A stretch of 64,000 nt of DNA from the NCBI GenBank assembly GCA_023249975.1, contig JAHFBP010000001.1, positions 69,870-133,869 on the forward strand. The letters are read 5' to 3'. A model generated the notes under the pieces. It was not told where the DNA came from. It saw nothing but the letters and a program-made list of their open reading frames with translations, and made no database searches. Positions 59,799 to 64,000 of the stretch are shown here, one piece after another (the first letter of the stretch is position 1; each line of letters begins with the position of its first letter). The stretch comes from a bacterium. Its GTDB lineage: Bacteria > Babelota > Babeliae > Babelales > GCA-2401785. The position numbers were made by a program, and so were the translations under genes.

Positions 59799-60965
59799 CT
59801 ACTCATCGAAGTGTGTATCTGTGTCCTCAAGTTGTTCATGATTTGTGGTAACAGTTTCATTTTCAATAACATCTTCAGTTGCATCTTCTACATCATCTGC
59901 ACTTTGAGCAAACAATTTATTTTTTTTGTCGTGTTGGCCATTTTGATCTATATCAGCACCTTGGAGCTGAATAATAATCCCTGCCATTTGTGAAGCAAGG
60001 GCTATGTTTTGGCCACCTTTTCCAATAGCGAAAGATCTTTGATCGTCAGCAACATGCACTGTTGCTCGTCGTTCATCTTCAGAGATTTCAACATCGTCTA
60101 CTTCAGCTGGTTTCAAACTCGACTTAACAAGTTCTTTTATGTTATCTGTCCAGGCAATGAGATCAATTTTCTCTTGGTCAAGGCTTCGTAGTATTGGTTT
60201 AATACGTGCACCACCAATCCCAACACATGTTCCAACAGGATCGATCTCTTTACTGTTACTTTGAAGGGCGATTTTGGTTTTGTATCCAGCAATACGAACT
60301 ACCTTTTTGACTTCAACGATACCTTCAAAGACTTCAGGTATCTCTGTTTCGATAAGTTTTTTAACGAAATCAGCAGAGGCTCGATCAAAAATCAATTGGT
60401 AGCCACCTTGTGAGTCAGCTAACACTTCCTTGAGCAATGCTCGAGTAGAATAACCTACACGTAGTGTTTCTCCTGGGATAGTGCAAGAGAAGGGCATAAA
60501 GCCAATAACTTCTCCCAAGCTGATTGCAAAACCAGAGCGTTCTTTTTTGTGAATAGTTCCAGTAACAATCGTACCTTGGCGATCCTTGAACTCTTCGTAG
60601 ACTGCGTCTTGCTCTAGTTTTCGGATATGACGAGCAATAATTTGACGTGCAGCAAGAATCTCAATACGTCCAATTTTTTCCTCAAAGGGAACATCCAAGA
60701 TATCGTCAAGCTGAGCTTTTAAATTAAATGCTTGGGCTTTTCTCAACGAGATTTGATGATCTTTGTCTTCAGCGGATGATACCACAGTTTTTTTAACAAA
60801 AACCTCAATAGCTAGAGTTTTTTTGTTAAAAACGATGCTGAATTCAAATTCAGGAAATTTTTTCTCATAAGCAGCACGAACTCCATCGCAAACAACTTCA
60901 ATAACCTGTTCACGGTTAAGTCCACGCTCTTCAACGAGAGATTCTATGACGTCGGCAAGATTCAC
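59799..60965 (-). CDS. nusA: Transcription termination/antitermination factor NusA
   Basis: 388 aa. N-terminal domain, S1 and tandem KH domains (GxxG: IGKGGQNI). No C-terminal acidic repeats. Confidence 0.93.
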   Translation of the reverse strand: MNLADVIESLVEERGLNREQVIEVVCDGVRAAYEKKFPEFEFSIVFNKKTLAIEVFVKKTVVSSAEDKDHQISLRKAQAFNLKAQLDDILDVPFEEKIGRIEILAARQIIARHIRKLEQDAVYEEFKDRQGTIVTGTIHKKERSGFAISLGEVIGFMPFSCTIPGETLRVGYSTRALLKEVLADSQGGYQLIFDRASADFVKKLIETEIPEVFEGIVEVKKVVRIAGYKTKIALQSNSKEIDPVGTCVGIGGARIKPILRSLDQEKIDLIAWTDNIKELVKSSLKPAEVDDVEISEDERRATVHVADDQRSFAIGKGGQNIALASQMAGIIIQLQGADIDQNGQHDKKNKLFAQSADDVEDATEDVIENETVTTNHEQLEDTDTHFDE

Positions 60966-61300
60966 TACGGTAAGCCCTTTGATTGGGTGAATATTAAAAC
61001 AACCTGGCTTGAATAATTAGGCAACCTGGTCGAAGAACACTGAATAGCAAGGCTTGCTGAAAACCATGCTAGATATTTCTTGAATATACCTGAACGTGAA
61101 AAAAAAGAAAGGTCCATTTTGTTCAAAACCTTACAATCTTGAAATCCTAGGGTCTTTGGTTTGAAAAAGGGTTTAGCTTATTATTATTATTTCATAAATA
61201 CTTTTTAAGTATGATAATGATAGATGAAAGTACTTTCTGTTCATAACTCAACAAAAATAACGCCAAACAAGGCTCCAGGAGCCAGTTACAAAGAGACTTC

Positions 61301-61506
61301 AAATTGTTCATAACCTGTTCATAACTTGTTCACAACATGTTCACAACTTTTTTTTCATCTCCTAAAGATGCCAGTAGGAGCCACTTTTGAAACATGCCAC
61401 TTTCAATAATATTATCTAGAGCCATGTTTGAGGGGGTTCAAAATAAGTTATGAACAATTTGAAATGAGTTATGAACAGGTTATGAACAGGTTATGAACAA
61501 TTTGAG
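61301..61506. repeat. Iteron-like array. Four direct TGTTCA(T/C)AAC decamers at 11-bp phase (61301-61348), mirrored by an inverted array (61447-61506), separated by ~98 bp.
   Basis: Left arm CAAATTGTTCATAACCTGTTCATAACTTGTTCACAACATGTTCACAAC. The right arm is its near-perfect reverse complement (first 26 nt identical). Confidence 0.8.
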
Positions 61507-61517
61507 CCCTGATAGAA

Positions 61518-62099
61518 TCATGCTTTTGAAGAGGTGACTAAAAACTTGATTATTTTGTGCAAATCCCACGACAGAATCGACTCTTTGGAGGGATTTCTGA
61601 GTACATAGGCAGGGTGGTAAGTTGGTATAATTACAAAGCCTTCCCACTGATGTACATTTCCCCGCTCTTTGGCTATACGTGACTTGGCTCCCAGAAGGGC
61701 TTTTGTTGCGGTTGAACCTAGAGTACAGATAACTTTTGGGTTGATTATTTTAATCTCATCAAGTAAATGGGCGTTTTTACAAATATTGAGTTCTTTGACC
61801 GTAGGGGCTCTGTTTTCGTGAGGACGACATTTGACCACATTGGTGATATAAACTTCGTCCCGAGAAAGCCCTGATTCTTCAAGAAGCTTGGTCAAAAGTT
61901 TGCCTGATCGGCCTACAAATGGAACGCCTTGTTCATCTTCGTCATGGCCAGGAGCTTCGCCAATGAACATAATTTGGGCATCAGGATTACCTACCCCAAA
62001 CACGATGTGATTATCCCGTGCAATTTTAAAAAGGCATTTGTGGGATGCTGCATAGGTGGCATTGAGTTTGGCAAGCTGTGAAAGCTTATCTTCATGCAT
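61518..62099 (-). CDS. Uracil-DNA glycosylase, family 4 (UdgA-type)
   Basis: [23 protein letters not shown] motif and C-terminal HPAYVLRNP are typical of family-4 UDG. Confidence 0.85.
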   Translation of the reverse strand: MHEDKLSQLAKLNATYAASHKCLFKIARDNHIVFGVGNPDAQIMFIGEAPGHDEDEQGVPFVGRSGKLLTKLLEESGLSRDEVYITNVVKCRPHENRAPTVKELNICKNAHLLDEIKIINPKVICTLGSTATKALLGAKSRIAKERGNVHQWEGFVIIPTYHPAYVLRNPSKESILSWDLHKIIKFLVTSSKA

Positions 62100-62180
62100 A
62101 GGTGTGCCTTTTTTATGTGTGAATCATGAGTTGCTTAACATTAGGCAACAGGTATTTATATCAGTTTAGCCGGAAGATTG

Positions 62181-63458
62181 TTATGCGAACAGCCCTGTTG
62201 GTCCATGCGGCACATTTTTCAAGAATTTGGGCCAATAACAATTTTTGGCAAAGACTGTTTTGGCATACGATGCATGTGCGGCATTGAGGGGATAGTAAAT
62301 GGAAAGTCCGCCAATATTTTCATGATCAGAGCCAAATGAGCGTGCAATGATCGCATTATTAATAAGCGAGAGTCCATCTTTCACGAGAGCTTGTAGTTTA
62401 GGTACGAGAGGATTTCTAGCCAATTCTGGTTGGGCCCCAAAATTTTCACTGATACTGATGTACCAGCGAGAGAGATCAACAAAGTTTCGATCATGAAAAA
62501 CTGGCGTCATGGCACGATTTCTTCTGATAAACATAAGTAACTTGCGAACAGCTTCCCCCTTAGGTCCCTTATACAAGTCTTCCAAGCAGTGAGCCACATT
62601 CGAGATATTATCTTCAATTTTGCTGACAGTATTGGTTCGAGTTGCCACGAGGGTAAAGCCAGGAAATGCCGCATAACGTTCGCGATATTCCTTTTCGTAA
62701 GCTTTGACAATAGCCTTGGAAAGCTCTTCTGGGGTTGGGGTATTGTTTTTAAATATTTTTAAGATTTCTGTATAGCCCCATCCATTGCCAGGCTCCACTT
62801 CTGGAGACGCAATTACAATTTCTGCAGTGTGCTGAATTTGTGATAATATTTCAGCACCATTCATGAGGCAGGCATCAAATCCAACAATGGCAAACTTTTT
62901 ACCATTCATGTGTTTTAGCACGGCGTCTTCCAGGGTTGACTTAAGGTCTTGATTGTCGAGATACACATTGTATTCATCATTAAACGCAATGCCGCGTGAT
63001 AAAAAGTGACCTGATATAAACTTAGACCTGTCCAGGCATCCGCTGCCATGGTTACCGATAATAACGACATAATTATCCGCAGGAAATGATGGAATTCCCC
63101 AGGCGAGAAAATCAGCAAAACTTTCACGAGTACCACTTGCATTTTTGGCTGTTTTTTCCAATGAAGCACACTCAATAATTTGACCAGGTTTGATGTAAAG
63201 TCGTTTGATGTGTGAAGTGTTTTTGATATCAACTTGTGCGACAAGGTTAACATTTTTGTCAGAGATTAAGCTCATCAATTCCTCAATGTCTTCTTCAAGG
63301 TATTGCGCCAGAGAGTTATTCCCAGCTTCGTAAAATAGCAAAGTATAAGCCTTTTTAGGCTGCTTTGGCTGAATGACTCTGTTTTCATCCTGAGCTGTTT
63401 TTGAAAAAAGATTTACACTGCATACTACGAGAAAAAATATTGATAATAATTTTTTCAT
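62181..63458 (-). CDS. Secreted clostripain-like cysteine peptidase (MEROPS C11), paralog of 43904-45466
   Basis: Signal peptide MKKLLSIFFLVVCSVNLFS. His motif VVIIGNHGSGC. Cys motif VGFDACLMNGAE (classic FDACLM). Confidence 0.75.
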   Translation of the reverse strand: MKKLLSIFFLVVCSVNLFSKTAQDENRVIQPKQPKKAYTLLFYEAGNNSLAQYLEEDIEELMSLISDKNVNLVAQVDIKNTSHIKRLYIKPGQIIECASLEKTAKNASGTRESFADFLAWGIPSFPADNYVVIIGNHGSGCLDRSKFISGHFLSRGIAFNDEYNVYLDNQDLKSTLEDAVLKHMNGKKFAIVGFDACLMNGAEILSQIQHTAEIVIASPEVEPGNGWGYTEILKIFKNNTPTPEELSKAIVKAYEKEYRERYAAFPGFTLVATRTNTVSKIEDNISNVAHCLEDLYKGPKGEAVRKLLMFIRRNRAMTPVFHDRNFVDLSRWYISISENFGAQPELARNPLVPKLQALVKDGLSLINNAIIARSFGSDHENIGGLSIYYPLNAAHASYAKTVFAKNCYWPKFLKNVPHGPTGLFA

Positions 63459-63524
63459 AATGAACTCAGGGTCAAGGTAGGTTATGTAAGGTATCGCCAG
63501 ATTAAGGATATTTTCCAGACAGTT

Positions 63525-63950
63525 TCAAGATCTTGCATAAGTTATATCACGGACCATAAAGGGTGCTGTTGCAACAAGTGCTGCAGTCAAGGCATAACTG
63601 AGCTGAAAATCAACAAAAAATAAGTGAAACGGATTGTACATCAAAATCGCATAGCAGGTTAAGCCGAGCAGGTGCAAACTTGATTTTTGACGTGCAATGA
63701 GGGCAATACCCAAAAGATTGAGCACAAAGAAAAATAGCGATCGTATGAATGAAATTGATGACCAAGAAAAGATAGTATAGAGCAGGCAGAACAATAACAG
63801 AAAAATGTGCTTGATAATCATTGGAGCTGGAATGAGCTGCAAAAGTGGCTGAATCGTGATAATTAACAATGTGATATGCAATCCCGATCGGGCTAAATAG
63901 TGCGACAATCCCCAGTGCATAAATGTTTCACGCAAGGGGTCGGAAACCAT
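63525..63950 (-). CDS. ComEC/Rec2-like membrane protein fragment (possibly truncated or pseudogene)
   Basis: SHYLARSGLHITLLI resembles the ComEC competence-domain motif HLLAISGLH. Only 141 aa of multi-TM sequence. True N-terminus unclear near the window edge. Confidence 0.3.
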   Translation of the reverse strand: MVSDPLRETFMHWGLSHYLARSGLHITLLIITIQPLLQLIPAPMIIKHIFLLLFCLLYTIFSWSSISFIRSLFFFVLNLLGIALIARQKSSLHLLGLTCYAILMYNPFHLFFVDFQLSYALTAALVATAPFMVRDITYARS

Positions 63951-64000
63951 ATATGTTTTTTTGCCTAAAAAGATGGTACCAAAAAGTCGCTGTGTGGTGC

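Noticed and set aside
61301-61506. Considered whether the decamer arrays are DnaA boxes marking oriC
   Set aside because: TTATGAACA and TTGTGAACA differ from TTATCCACA at 2-3 core positions, and no dnaA or dnaN gene is nearby. Retained only as a generic iteron/operator hypothesis.
61301-61506. CRISPR array
   Set aside because: Repeats are 10-11 bp with 1-nt spacers, arranged as an inverted pair. No cas genes anywhere in the window.

Overview
This is a roughly 64 kb chromosomal segment from a low-GC bacterium. Gene-dense housekeeping blocks are interleaved with accessory regions rich in signal-peptide proteins that have no recognisable function. I identified all features by reading translations and motifs directly, with no database search.

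Housekeeping content includes groES-groEL, rho, secF, rpmA, polA, ruvX, tsaB, rsmE, acpS, yifB/comM, mnmE, jag, one tRNA-Gly(GCC), nfeD plus an SPFH/stomatin gene, uvrC, ruvA, gatB, rng, a Pal/OmpA-like lipoprotein, leuS, rsmA/ksgA, tmRNA (ssrA), nfo, infB, nusA and a family-4 uracil-DNA glycosylase. No integrase, transposase or CRISPR array is visible.

The most striking locus is 12.6-21.8 kb. It holds three same-strand paralogous secreted proteins. Two are giants of 1266 and 1507 aa, each carrying three copies of a beta-sandwich module whose motifs (IGGxxNxKxxIR ... YWxS ... G.G ... W.DP.P) resemble the eukaryote-type farnesoic-acid O-methyltransferase (Methyltransf_FA) fold.

Other notable items:
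- rho has a ~195-aa N-terminal extension rich in Arg/Pro followed by N/G/S/Y prion-like repeats.
- The tmRNA is unusually long (about 450 nt) and appears to encode a 41-aa Ala/Val-rich tag.
- A secreted 560-aa protein with a basic toxin-like C-terminus is translationally coupled to a small acidic ORF, suggesting a toxin/immunity pair.
- A frameshifted LRR/F-box-like gene remnant lies at 55.7-56.4 kb.
- Two paralogous clostripain-like (C11) peptidases are present.
- A 550-bp noncoding region upstream of nusA, where rimP would be expected, carries iteron-like 11-bp-phased inverted repeat arrays.

The gene content (eukaryote-like domains, many secreted proteins) hints at a host-associated lifestyle, but that is inference only.
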